Shown here: positions 10,160-20,277 of the stretch, one piece after another | How the letters are laid out: every line of letters begins with the position of its first letter | Position numbering within the stretch: the first letter of the stretch is position 1 | NCBI GenBank assembly: GCA_035623825.1 | Contig: DASPSR010000064.1 | Coordinates: forward strand, 1 to 58,460 | Length of the DNA: 58,460 nucleotides | DNA from: Nitrospirota bacterium | GTDB lineage: Bacteria > Nitrospirota > UBA9217 | Direction of reading: 5' to 3' | Notes under the pieces: generated by a model | What the model was told of the DNA's origin: nothing | The model's input: the letters and a program-made list of their open reading frames with translations, nothing else | Database searches by the model: none | Made by a program: the position numbers and the translations under genes

Positions 10160-11174
10160 GGGTTTTCTGTTGAGACACCGCCATACCATTGGTGCTCGCC
10201 AGTATCTCTACGACCTTCCTTGCATGGTCAATTCCGGTGATGCATGTCGTTCCTTTTTCGATGCAGTCGATAAAATGGTCTATCTCTACTTTTAGGGGTT
10301 CCTGAAAATCAATCTTCGGAAGAAGCACGTCCCCCGACCGTTGATCAAAGGTCTGGAAGTGCTGGTTATCATAATCCATGTTCTTTCCGAGCTGCGCTTT
10401 TCGATCGATCCCTTTGTCATAAATGGCAATCTTATTTTCTACGGTGTCATCGTAAATGACCATTTTTTTTGAGCCTACGACCACGATGGACCGGATCCTT
10501 TGCGGGTCGAGCCAGCTTACATGGATATTCGCCATAACTTTGTTGGGGTACATGATGTTCAGGAACACAACATCATCAATATTGTTCTGGATGTAGTCTA
10601 TCCCTCTTCGCACAACTGAGAGCGGTGTGGGGTCGCCAAGCCAGTATTGGATGATGCTGATATCGTGAGGGGCGAAATTCCACAGTGCGTCTACATCCGA
10701 CCTGATCCTGCCAAGATTAAGACGCTGGCTGTAAATATAACGGATATCACCAAGCTCACCGGCATCGATAAGCTTCTTGACATATCGAACGGCAGCGTTG
10801 AACAGAAATGTATGACCAACCATTGCGACGCAGTTCTTTTCCTGCGCTATCCTGCCGATTTCATCCACCTGCTCAATGCTTGTCGCTAGCGGCTTCTCAA
10901 CAAGAACGTGCTTTCCAGCCTTCAACGCCTCCACGGCAAGGCCATAGTGTGATGCGACAGGAGTCGCAATGACGATGGCATCAATATCGGTTTTATTCAA
11001 TGCTGCTTTCACGTCGTTGCTTGCGGACAAAGTCGGATACAATTTGCGCACATAATCCATTCTTTCCTGGGAGAGGTCTACAACATCGGTCACTTTGCAC
11101 CGCTTGCTAGACACTAGATTCCTTAAGAGGTTCGGTCCCCAGTATCCTACTCCGAATTGTGCGATGTTCATCAT
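10143..11174 (-). CDS. Gfo/Idh/MocA NAD-dependent oxidoreductase (sugar 3-dehydrogenase-like)
   Basis: GVGYWGPN, GKHVLVEKP, VGHTF, APHD. Confidence 0.93.
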   Translation of the reverse strand: MMNIAQFGVGYWGPNLLRNLVSSKRCKVTDVVDLSQERMDYVRKLYPTLSASNDVKAALNKTDIDAIVIATPVASHYGLAVEALKAGKHVLVEKPLATSIEQVDEIGRIAQEKNCVAMVGHTFLFNAAVRYVKKLIDAGELGDIRYIYSQRLNLGRIRSDVDALWNFAPHDISIIQYWLGDPTPLSVVRRGIDYIQNNIDDVVFLNIMYPNKVMANIHVSWLDPQRIRSIVVVGSKKMVIYDDTVENKIAIYDKGIDRKAQLGKNMDYDNQHFQTFDQRSGDVLLPKIDFQEPLKVEIDHFIDCIEKGTTCITGIDHARKVVEILASTNGMAVSQQKTHASRL

Positions 11175-11223
11175 TAATAAACCTCCATACCTAATCGATA
11201 CTCCATCGTAAATTCTAATTAGT

Positions 11224-12471
11224 TCAATGCGCCTCAGTCTCGATCGTCAACTGTTGTTTTTCGACCATGGATTGATAGAGGTTGACCAACTCGAACTTAT
11301 GAGTTTCCCACTTATATGTGTCCATAAATCGATATGCATTTTTTGCCTTCTCTTTAATCTTGGCACGATTCCCATAAGCAAAACGAATCGCATCCATTAG
11401 GGAATCGATATTCTCCGGGTCGAAAAAAGTTACCATATCATCAGTGAAATAATGTTCTATAGCCTTTAACCGAGGAACAATTACCGGGATGCCGAGAGCT
11501 ATGCAGTCAAGCATTTTAACAGGCAACATCAGCTCCGTTGCATCACTTCGTCTATTTGGAACCAAGCCCAGATCCATTGTCTTCAATATACCTACCAATT
11601 CTTCAAAAGGGATATTCTTTCCCGAAAATCTCACAAACTCACTAGCATGCAAATTTCGGCTCAGTTTCATGAACTCCTCCAGGTCATCACCCTCCCCTAT
11701 GACATGGAACGTTACGTCCGGGATCGATAATCTAATCTGCGCAACGGCCTTAATGGCAAAATCTATGCCGAGCCGCTTTGCCATGGTGCCATGGTATATC
11801 AGATTGAATTGATTAATCGTTCCAGGATACTTCTTTTGAACCTGCGGAGATTTCAACCGCTCGGGATCCGGCACATTGAGCAAAATAATTATTTTGTCTT
11901 CCGGGATGCCTCTTTTTAGCAACACATCTTTTTGAACATGATTGACGCAAATAACACGGTGGGCTATTTTACACGAAAGAAACTCTTCCATCCTTAGGAG
12001 CGCATTAATGCACATCGAAATCGGCCTGAAGACATTCTTGGGAAACTTAGCGACATATGTCTCAATCATCGTATCATGGATATCGAGAATCAATTTCTTC
12101 CCGATTATCCGTGGTATCACAGCAGCGAAGACAATGAAATTCGGCATGTTATGAACATGCACGATATCAATAGATCTCCGCAGCAGTAGCCCTGTACAGG
12201 CGAAAAAGGCTAGTGTCATGAAAAAGGCGTAGGATAACAGGTATCTTATGCTCGTCTTTCCTTGATATTTCGTGATGTTCAGTTCCCTTACGTTAACCCG
12301 ATTGAGCGTATACCGCTTCGGACGGTCTGATAATTTAATAGTAAGAACTGAGACTTTATAACCGGGTAAGGCCGCTATGGTTTCTGCAGTACGCCTTACG
12401 CGAGGATCCATTGAATAATTCGAGTAGTTAATCATGCAAACGTTTTTGCTTCTTTTCATCTCTTTACGCAT
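11224..12471 (-). CDS. Glycosyltransferase family 4
   Basis: DPRVRR, HVHNMPN, DIHD, YHG, PVKMLD, GT-B fold pattern. Start placed at 12471, overlapping the upstream stop. Confidence 0.9.
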   Translation of the reverse strand: MRKEMKRSKNVCMINYSNYSMDPRVRRTAETIAALPGYKVSVLTIKLSDRPKRYTLNRVNVRELNITKYQGKTSIRYLLSYAFFMTLAFFACTGLLLRRSIDIVHVHNMPNFIVFAAVIPRIIGKKLILDIHDTMIETYVAKFPKNVFRPISMCINALLRMEEFLSCKIAHRVICVNHVQKDVLLKRGIPEDKIIILLNVPDPERLKSPQVQKKYPGTINQFNLIYHGTMAKRLGIDFAIKAVAQIRLSIPDVTFHVIGEGDDLEEFMKLSRNLHASEFVRFSGKNIPFEELVGILKTMDLGLVPNRRSDATELMLPVKMLDCIALGIPVIVPRLKAIEHYFTDDMVTFFDPENIDSLMDAIRFAYGNRAKIKEKAKNAYRFMDTYKWETHKFELVNLYQSMVEKQQLTIETEAH

Positions 12472-14158
12472 GAATATTTTCTGTTGTCTTCCAAAGCTTA
12501 ATCTCAATGTGGGATTCTCCATGCCAAGGAACGCTCATGATGCAGGGTTCACTTTCCACCGCTCTCGATCCTGTCGCAGACGCAGGTATATGAACTCTTA
12601 TCTGCATGGGAGGTAAATCAGCCCAATTAACATCGTTATTCATCAAGGTTACTTGCGCAACACCTTCCCTGAAGGACACATTGCTGAAATTAAGCGTCCT
12701 TCTTCTGCGAAACCACTCAACAGCCAGCTTCGCAACGGCGAACCACGCCCTTTCCGCTTTAAGCATTTGTATCAGCTCGCAATAAAAGCCGTCCCAATTC
12801 CGTTCGGGGCGGAGACTCCTTGTGTGCCAATTAATGGTCAGCACACCGCCTGAAATCCGAAAGCATTCAATGACCTTACGACATGCTTGCATGGCATGGT
12901 ATTCAGACAACCCCATTCTGTCCCGAGAAAAGAGGGCCGTATCCATGATATTGAGCGGAAGTTCATAGACGTTACCATGACCATCCAGACAAAATACTTG
13001 TGTGGTCCCTGACCGAAACCCTGCGGCATCATTGTAACCAAGGCTAGAATCATAAAATAAACCCGATTTGCCAATGGCTTCAGGAGAGCAATCAGCGAAA
13101 TAAAGCCAGTGCATGCGAACTCCAGCAACGTTGTCGCCCGTTATTCCACGAATGACATCACGTTCAGTTGAGGCGCTTTTTGCATCACGCCATGCATCAA
13201 TGCCATGAAGAGCTATCTCCCTCCCTTCATGAGCCAGCTTTTTCAACTCTGGTGCGTAGTCTTTGACATCATATCGTATAGAACGATATGACATCGGTTT
13301 GGTTAATTTCTTGTCCGCTGCCTTTCCCGTGTAATCCTTTCGCGGAACGAAAAAAAACGTTGACGGGATGTCCTTTTCTATTTTCTGATAACAGTCAATG
13401 TCATACCAGGGGTCTCTGACAACGCCAGCATAGGCAAAGGGCATCATAAGAACAGCCTTCCAGTTCCTGAGGAGTCGCGACCAGCGTATTTTCGACTGAG
13501 AATCCCTTAGCGACGGTCGGAGTAGAGACCTAAGAAGAAAACCTATTACCGAGTGATCAATGCCGTGGTCTTTCATCCTTATAAAATCAACGTCATGAGT
13601 GAGACAGACCATGAAATGGTAGCCATACGGGACTGGCGGGATATCGATGATCGGGATGCCTGCGTCTAGAATACATCGTTTCAAAAAAGCTATATGGATT
13701 TCAATCGTTGGAATCGTTGCAAATTCCAATGGCTGTCCTTTGGTCAGCACATACGCGATCTCATCGAAAAGATCATATCCAATGCGGCAGATCCGCTGCC
13801 CTTTCTGCTCTCTCATGTATCCAGCACATAATCCTTTTGCCTTGATATGGAGGAGAGGTATTTCCTTTATTTTAAATATTGACAGTCCGGCATAGACAGG
13901 GAAAATGAATTTTTCGTTTTCGAGAAGCTCTCTACTTTCGCAAGATATTGGTCGGATTCCTGTACGGATGTCGTAAGGGGTAGTTTCTGAACAATATAAG
14001 ATCACAAGAGCCGCTGACGGCACATCATCAGTGCGGCAAGTTATGATTATGGTTGAATACTCACTGCCTTCGCGCCAGAACTCCCATGGCGTTTTAAACA
14101 ACTGAAAGAATTCTTCTACGACAGCTCTCTGATTGTCACGTGCAATTACACCAATCAT
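12464..14158 (-). CDS. Polysaccharide deacetylase-family protein (CE4-like) with N-terminal extension
   Basis: LTHDVD, STFFF, EIALHG, GVRMHWL, YDSSLG, PLNIMD, INWH. Confidence 0.8.
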   Translation of the reverse strand: MIGVIARDNQRAVVEEFFQLFKTPWEFWREGSEYSTIIITCRTDDVPSAALVILYCSETTPYDIRTGIRPISCESRELLENEKFIFPVYAGLSIFKIKEIPLLHIKAKGLCAGYMREQKGQRICRIGYDLFDEIAYVLTKGQPLEFATIPTIEIHIAFLKRCILDAGIPIIDIPPVPYGYHFMVCLTHDVDFIRMKDHGIDHSVIGFLLRSLLRPSLRDSQSKIRWSRLLRNWKAVLMMPFAYAGVVRDPWYDIDCYQKIEKDIPSTFFFVPRKDYTGKAADKKLTKPMSYRSIRYDVKDYAPELKKLAHEGREIALHGIDAWRDAKSASTERDVIRGITGDNVAGVRMHWLYFADCSPEAIGKSGLFYDSSLGYNDAAGFRSGTTQVFCLDGHGNVYELPLNIMDTALFSRDRMGLSEYHAMQACRKVIECFRISGGVLTINWHTRSLRPERNWDGFYCELIQMLKAERAWFAVAKLAVEWFRRRRTLNFSNVSFREGVAQVTLMNNDVNWADLPPMQIRVHIPASATGSRAVESEPCIMSVPWHGESHIEIKLWKTTENIHA

Positions 14159-14282
14159 AACGATTATTGTTGAAATATTCGATAAGTCTGGTTACACTTT
14201 CTTCTCGTGCTAATACTGCAGGGAAAAATCACTCTTTTCTACTTCTTCAACGCACCAGCCATCTAGACAGTTATTCTATATT

Positions 14283-15212
14283 TCAAGTTCTGACGCGAGT
14301 CCGCTCTGACCAAAAACGTGCCATTTCTCGCGGAAGAGGTTGCCAATACTGGCCTTCGTAGCGGTTTTTTATATAGCAGAGCAATTGTTCGTAATAGTGA
14401 GCCGGATATTCTTCGGCTCCGGCCGGTACGCCGTCAAAGTTCATGTAATCCGGATGCGAAATCAGGAGCGCCATTCCCCCCTGTTCTACTATCCAGTCGA
14501 GCTTTTTCTTCCAGATATCTATGTTCTTTTCACACAAAATGATGAACAGTGTAAAATCTTGGGGGAGTGTATAGGGGAGCTCCACGTAGCCCCTAGAAGA
14601 ACCGTTCTGGTTGATCCAGATTGGAAAGATCGTTCCCATGCCGTCAGGCTGGGGCTCAAAGGGGTCCGTATCGAAGGTCGATGCGTCATATTCTATATCC
14701 AAGTCATGGATCCATTCGAGATTGTGATGCATAGAAGGTGAGCGGAATCCGACAGACTGCCAAGCCCTAAGATATGCATTGATGCGGCCTGCCTGATTCA
14801 AGAACTGCTTTCTAGACATATACAACATTCCTTTATGATTCAGGCCGTGCACTCCAACTTCAAACCCTTTGTTTTTCAGGTATAGGCGCAATTCCTGCGA
14901 CACGACGTATTCCTCGGCAACGAAGTTAAAAGAAGACCTGAATCCTAGTCGAGCCTCCAATGCCATCAGTTCATAACATTTTTTCTGGCCTTCCGACCTC
15001 TCTACGTCGTGCGTCAGAACAAGAGCGAATCGCCTGCCATAAGGCCATCCTGTCCAGCCATGAGGAGGATGGGAAGCCAGTTTGTCGATAGGCCATATAT
15101 GTGAACAGCCGGCTAACTCATTGCGAATCTTCCTTCTCCGCATTTCGATTTGTAGCCAGCGTGGAATGAACGGTTTTGAAAAGTAATATATTTTTTTTAG
15201 GTAGTTGTTCAC
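14283..15212 (-). CDS. Polysaccharide deacetylase-family protein
   Basis: LTHDVE, FEVGVHGLNH, GFRSP, ELPYTLPQD, SHPDY. Confidence 0.85.
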   Translation of the reverse strand: MNNYLKKIYYFSKPFIPRWLQIEMRRRKIRNELAGCSHIWPIDKLASHPPHGWTGWPYGRRFALVLTHDVERSEGQKKCYELMALEARLGFRSSFNFVAEEYVVSQELRLYLKNKGFEVGVHGLNHKGMLYMSRKQFLNQAGRINAYLRAWQSVGFRSPSMHHNLEWIHDLDIEYDASTFDTDPFEPQPDGMGTIFPIWINQNGSSRGYVELPYTLPQDFTLFIILCEKNIDIWKKKLDWIVEQGGMALLISHPDYMNFDGVPAGAEEYPAHYYEQLLCYIKNRYEGQYWQPLPREMARFWSERTRVRT

Positions 15213-15465
15213 TTTAATTCCTCATCTGAACAAGCTTAGCTACTAAATCTTTTTTATCGCTGATAATGCAAAAATATTCTTCCTAAAGTACCATTACTGT
15301 TTTCCCAAATTTACAAGGCACGGATTTTCGAGCATATTCCCATATAACATAATCTTTCACCCGAAGGCGCCAAGGGTTCGATTATTTATTGTCTTTGAAC
15401 ATGAATATATAGGTTTGCTTCTATTTCCCACTCGAACTTAGCAACAAGAGGCCCCCAAGTTGTTT

Positions 15466-16506
15466 TCACCCCATGTGTCGGTATAAGATCGCCCCCGCGA
15501 TCTTCAGAAGAGGAACCGGCATCTTCCTGAAAATCTCACTATGCAGTCCCAGTATCAGCTCGTCGTGTCTTATGAAAGCATCCCTCTTAAGATCATATCG
15601 ATAATAATATAGAGGGAATTCCCGTGCCCCCCAGCCATGCTTGTACTGCAACAACCCTTTGTTTCCATGCTCAGTCCTACCAAAACTGAACCGAGTACAG
15701 CCTTCCTTCCTGCACCATCGCATGGCTTCCCACATGACGAGGTTGTTCGCACGCAGATGCCGGTACCGCTTGTCAGAAGCTCCATATTTATAGAATATCT
15801 GGTCTCCGAAATGGCAATAGACTGCACCGGCTATCCAGATCCCGCTATAGGATGCGAGAGCCACAAAACCGTGATTCTTTGCTATGACATGGTCATAAAT
15901 TTTTCTAAACCATAAGTAGGGCTGAGGTGGAAGGCCGTGGTCTTTTCTTCTCATACAGTGAAGTCGGTAGAATTCTGACACAGCGTCCAATGATCTGGTG
16001 ATTGTGATCGCAACACCTTCCTTTGCGGCTTTCCTTATGTTTCTTTTCGTACTGTCCCGGAAGAGCGAAAAGATCGTTCCCTCATCGTGGGAGATGTCCA
16101 AGGTATGACCGTAAAATGAAGAGGAAGGCGTGATTTCACGCTGTAACGGATATTCTGTCCTCAATTCGAAGTACTTCCAGCCTACTTTCTTGCCATATGA
16201 AATCAAACTGGCCATAACATCATCGAATGCCGTTTGATCAGCCATAATGGGATTGCAATAGTCTGTAAAAGGAAGGGACACCCCGCGTTTACCCGTAACC
16301 ATGCTGTCGACTTCCATGAACGGGATCAGTGCGATTAGCTTTTCCCGCTGAACAACTACAAAATATCGCGGAGTGTAATGATACGATTCTGAGAGTACTG
16401 ATGCCCAGTTCGATGAATGAAAAAAGGAATGACCGGGAGTTGTAATCAGCAAGTCATTCCAGGAGGGATACTGCAGCGGGTTTATAATTTTCGTGTCATC
16501 TTTCAT
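15466..16506 (-). CDS. FemAB-related / GNAT peptidyl- or acyltransferase
   Basis: SLPFTDYC, RNIRKAAKEG, YKYGAS, NNLVMWEA, FGRT..GLLQYK..WG. Confidence 0.85.
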   Translation of the reverse strand: MKDDTKIINPLQYPSWNDLLITTPGHSFFHSSNWASVLSESYHYTPRYFVVVQREKLIALIPFMEVDSMVTGKRGVSLPFTDYCNPIMADQTAFDDVMASLISYGKKVGWKYFELRTEYPLQREITPSSSFYGHTLDISHDEGTIFSLFRDSTKRNIRKAAKEGVAITITRSLDAVSEFYRLHCMRRKDHGLPPQPYLWFRKIYDHVIAKNHGFVALASYSGIWIAGAVYCHFGDQIFYKYGASDKRYRHLRANNLVMWEAMRWCRKEGCTRFSFGRTEHGNKGLLQYKHGWGAREFPLYYYRYDLKRDAFIRHDELILGLHSEIFRKMPVPLLKIAGAILYRHMG

Positions 16507-16695
16507 GAAAGCGGATTGCTCAAAAAGACCTGAACGGCGAAAGCGCCAAGATCGCTAATGTGCTTGAGATTGGTGACCCCGTAACAATACACAGGGCATT
16601 TCAAGATCAGTGTTTTCTCTGCGTCCTTAAACTCTAAGTAATTATTTTCTTGGCATTTTGACATAAACTTTATTCGTAAGCAACCGACTCCCAAT

Positions 16696-17178
16696 TCACT
16701 TTTCTTTATCTATCGCCTTTATAATCTTTGCCGGATTTCCAGCAACGATCGTTGCTGGCGGGACATCCTTCGTGACCACACTTCCCGAACCTACAATAGC
16801 CTTTTCGCCAATTGTGACATTGCAAAGTATTGTTGACCCGGACCCTATAGATGCGTTTTTTTTCACTATAGTCGGGACCACCTTCCAGTCGGCCTCGCTC
16901 TGCAGACCGCCGTTTCCGTTCGTAGCGCGCGGATACTTGTCGTTGATGAATGTTACCCCATGGCCGACAAAGACGCCATCCTCGATGATCACCCCCTCGC
17001 AGATGAAGGTGTGGCTCTGGATTTTGCAGTTCTTGCCGATCATGGCGTTCTTCTGCACCTCTACGAATGTGCCAATCTTGGTATTGTCGCCAATCGTACA
17101 TCCGTAGAGATTGACGAAATTAGCGATCTTGACATCTTTCCCGAGTTTTACGTCGTCTGTGATGGAAACATATTTCAT
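16696..17178 (-). CDS. Hexapeptide-repeat sugar N-acetyltransferase (WbpD/WxcM-like)
   Basis: NLYGC, CKIQSHTFICEGV, FINDKYP, GNPA. Confidence 0.92.
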   Translation of the reverse strand: MKYVSITDDVKLGKDVKIANFVNLYGCTIGDNTKIGTFVEVQKNAMIGKNCKIQSHTFICEGVIIEDGVFVGHGVTFINDKYPRATNGNGGLQSEADWKVVPTIVKKNASIGSGSTILCNVTIGEKAIVGSGSVVTKDVPPATIVAGNPAKIIKAIDKEK

Positions 17179-18176
17179 AACGCTACCATCCGTCCGTTAT
17201 GTTTCAGTGATTCATTGCAGGCATTCAGCATCTTCACCACCCGCAGGCCCGCCTGCCCGTCATTAATTGGTATCTTGTTTTCCATGATACAATGCGCAAA
17301 ATACTCCGCTTCAATCCTAAGCGCTTCGCTCGGTTCGACCCGCGGAGCGAACATATCACCGGAGCGGTAATTGACTCGAAGGTGATAGTCGGCTTCCTTG
17401 TTTTTTACCTCTACGCCCTTGTCGTATATTTTGATTTTTTCATCCGCTTCCAGGTCATTCCAGACGAGCATCTTTTTCTCGCCGCCGATAAGTGTGGTCC
17501 TTACCTTGACCGGGGACAGCCAATTGACGTTGAAGTGGGCGATCATGTTATTGTTGAAATGGACAGTGATGTAGGCGGTGTCCTCCATTCCGTTCACATG
17601 CGCTTTGCCGCAGGCCGAAAGGGCAACAGGTTTTTCATCGATGATGTGGTCCATGACTGAGAAATCATGCGGAGCGAGGTCCCAAATCACGTTCACGTCG
17701 TGCTGGAAAAGACCTAGATTCACCCTGACCGAATCGTAATAGTAGAGATCTCCCAGTGTTTTTTCGTTAATGAGCTGCTTGATCTTCCTCACGGCACCGG
17801 TGAAGATGAAGGTGTGGTCTACCATAATGGTGAGCTTCTTTCTCCCAGCCAGAGATATCAATTCCTCGGCCTGCTCCACCGTCGCCGTGAAGGGTTTTTC
17901 CACGAACACATGCTTTCCGTTCTCGAGCGCCTTCCTCGCCAGATCGAAGTGCGTGGATACCGGTGTGATTACGGCAATGGCATCGATCTCCGAAGAGGCA
18001 AGAATATCATTGCAGTCACGGGTCGTTACCACATGCGGGTAGGACCTGCGCGCTCGATCCATCGCTTTCGGATCGCTGTCGCATATGCCGAGGACCCTTG
18101 TTCCATCAATGCTGGTAAAATTCCGTACGATGTTCGGTCCCCAGTAGCCATATCCTATAACACCGATGTTAATCAT
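17175..18176 (-). CDS. Gfo/Idh/MocA NAD-dependent oxidoreductase
   Basis: GYGYWGPN, GKHVFVEKP, VDHTF, DLAPHD. Confidence 0.93.
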   Translation of the reverse strand: MINIGVIGYGYWGPNIVRNFTSIDGTRVLGICDSDPKAMDRARRSYPHVVTTRDCNDILASSEIDAIAVITPVSTHFDLARKALENGKHVFVEKPFTATVEQAEELISLAGRKKLTIMVDHTFIFTGAVRKIKQLINEKTLGDLYYYDSVRVNLGLFQHDVNVIWDLAPHDFSVMDHIIDEKPVALSACGKAHVNGMEDTAYITVHFNNNMIAHFNVNWLSPVKVRTTLIGGEKKMLVWNDLEADEKIKIYDKGVEVKNKEADYHLRVNYRSGDMFAPRVEPSEALRIEAEYFAHCIMENKIPINDGQAGLRVVKMLNACNESLKHNGRMVAL

Positions 18177-18273
18177 AGATCCTCCAGCTCATGCATCTAC
18201 ATCACCGCCGAGTATCCCGCTTCCGCTCGCTTGCTTCATCACAGAAATATAGAAACGTTAATAGCATGCGGCC

Positions 18274-19434
18274 TCAATACGCTCCTTTAGCTATAAGTAC
18301 AATCCACGGCGTTTTCAGCAGAATTTTCACGTCCATCCAGAGATCCCAGGTTCTCGCATACTGAAGGTCAAGTCGCACCATCTCGTCGAAAGTTATTGAA
18401 CTCCGGCCTCGGATCTGCCACAACCCAGTGATCCCGGGTTTTATCTCCAGGATGCGGCGCCGGTGCCATATTTTGTATTTCTCGAGCTCATACGGGATGG
18501 GAGGTCTTGGCCCTACGAGTGACATCTCACCCCTAAACACATTGATAAATTGAGGCACCTCATCGAGGCTCGTTATTCGCAGGAAATGCCCGAAGGCTGT
18601 CACCCTTTCATCTTTCGTAATCTTATATACCTTCTGCGATGTGGCGCTGCTGCCAACGTCACCAGATACCTTTCCATTAATAAGGTTTTGGACATATTTC
18701 TTGTGCACGTCCGGGTCGTTGTTCGCATACATGCTTCTGAACTTAAGGAACATGAACTTCTTTCCATATTGTCCGACTCTCTCCTGCCGGAAGAACACCG
18801 GCCCCCGCGAAGTGAGCTTGATGCCTATTGGGACCAAGATTAAGAAGGGAGAAAAAATCAGGATGCCCGCGATACTGCCGATAACATCTATGATCCTTTT
18901 CACTTTGAGGGATGTCGTTCTGTGCCGTTCTTTTTCAGGAATGTCCGGATAGAACGTGAATCGCATCTGACCGCGCGGATCGTCTGTCGTTCCCTCATCG
19001 GGAAACCAGTGAAAAGATAGCAGGAGGACTTCGAGTTGTTCTTTCGTCAGGGCAGCTTGAAGGCCCTGAAATATCTTTTTCTGCAAGGCCTCCGTCTTAG
19101 CACTGTTCATTTCCGTGAACAAAACTCCGAGTACGATGGGGTAGCAGGACCATCCTTTGATATCGGTCTCCCGGGTAATCGTTGAGAGCGATTGCACAGC
19201 CCTCGTGACAACTTCAATCCTGCTCTCATCATCTCGGATCCCGGTGAAATCAAGTTTCATCAACAGAAATGCTCTCCCCGATCGTTCGCTCCGCTTTCGC
19301 TCGAATGCAAGAAGCTCATGGAAATAATCTTCCCCGTAACAGCCGAACTCGTCGGTATATAATACCTGGGAATGTCGTGGAACAGCATTGTGATCGAACA
19401 GTTCTAGCTTGTTCATTGCATTTTCCTCATGCAT
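18274..19434 (-). CDS. Priming polyprenyl-phosphate sugar transferase with N-terminal degenerate GGDEF-like domain
   Basis: C-terminal KR.ID, KFRSM, SLDEVPQF.NV..GEMSLVGPRP, KPGITGLWQ. N-terminus resembles the GGDEF fold (ERKRSERSGRAFLLMKLD..RETDIKGW). Confidence 0.9.
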   Translation of the reverse strand: MHEENAMNKLELFDHNAVPRHSQVLYTDEFGCYGEDYFHELLAFERKRSERSGRAFLLMKLDFTGIRDDESRIEVVTRAVQSLSTITRETDIKGWSCYPIVLGVLFTEMNSAKTEALQKKIFQGLQAALTKEQLEVLLLSFHWFPDEGTTDDPRGQMRFTFYPDIPEKERHRTTSLKVKRIIDVIGSIAGILIFSPFLILVPIGIKLTSRGPVFFRQERVGQYGKKFMFLKFRSMYANNDPDVHKKYVQNLINGKVSGDVGSSATSQKVYKITKDERVTAFGHFLRITSLDEVPQFINVFRGEMSLVGPRPPIPYELEKYKIWHRRRILEIKPGITGLWQIRGRSSITFDEMVRLDLQYARTWDLWMDVKILLKTPWIVLIAKGAY

Positions 19435-19569
19435 TGATATTCTTGTAATTAAGAATGGATTCAGGTTAATGGCAGTTTACTGAGAGCAGAGGGTTAAGAA
19501 AAGCAGTTCACGTCCCGATCTGGTCAACGCGCTGCATGGTAAGTGGTATGGCATTATTGAAGAACTGAT

Positions 19570-20277
19570 TTATTGCTTCTGATTTTTCTTGTAATACTTG
19601 CTGTAGTGGGAGTAACTTCCATCCAGACTCGCTGTGCTCATATCATTATAGACGATTCCCAGCAGCAATGCGCCCTTCAGGGTTTCCAGCATGTCTCCAA
19701 TGCCTTTGAGCGTGGCAACGCCTTCCTTCACGACTATGAGAACCCCGTCGACGAGCGCGCTCAGCGCCAGTGTTTCAGCGTATAAGAGGGCGGGAGGAGT
19801 ATCTATAATGATATAGCGATCCGCATACCGATGTTTAATCTCCGTTAAAAGATCCTTCATCCTGTGGGATGACAGAAGTTCGGCGGGATCCTCCACTTTC
19901 TTACCCGCTGACAGGAACGAGAGCTTCGGAAACCCCGTTTTCACGATGGCCCTTCCAAGATCTATCCCGTCATAAAGACTGTCGGCGAGGCCATAGACGG
20001 GCTTCAATCCAAGATAGTTCCCGAGTGACGGCTTCCTGAGATCAGCATCGACAAGTAGTACTGTCTGGCCGTATTCCCTGGCAAGCATGACAGCAAGATT
20101 CGCGCTTGTTATGCTTTTTCCTTCTCCGCTGAGCGCGCTGGTCACCAGGACCGTGTTCCGAAAATCCTTCTTCGTCATCTTCAGAAGCACGGTTTTCAGT
20201 TTTCGATACTGCTCAGAAACAGGGGAATCAGGGTCTGTGCATGTCACGATACAAGGATCAGTTGGATTAAAGGTCAT
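19570..20277 (-). CDS. BY-kinase / polysaccharide biosynthesis tyrosine autokinase (CpsD/CapB type)
   Basis: EQYRKL, Walker A GEGKS, Walker A' LLVDADLR, Walker B IIIDTPP, Tyr-rich tail YSHYSKYY. Confidence 0.93.
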   Translation of the reverse strand: MTFNPTDPCIVTCTDPDSPVSEQYRKLKTVLLKMTKKDFRNTVLVTSALSGEGKSITSANLAVMLAREYGQTVLLVDADLRKPSLGNYLGLKPVYGLADSLYDGIDLGRAIVKTGFPKLSFLSAGKKVEDPAELLSSHRMKDLLTEIKHRYADRYIIIDTPPALLYAETLALSALVDGVLIVVKEGVATLKGIGDMLETLKGALLLGIVYNDMSTASLDGSYSHYSKYYKKNQKQ

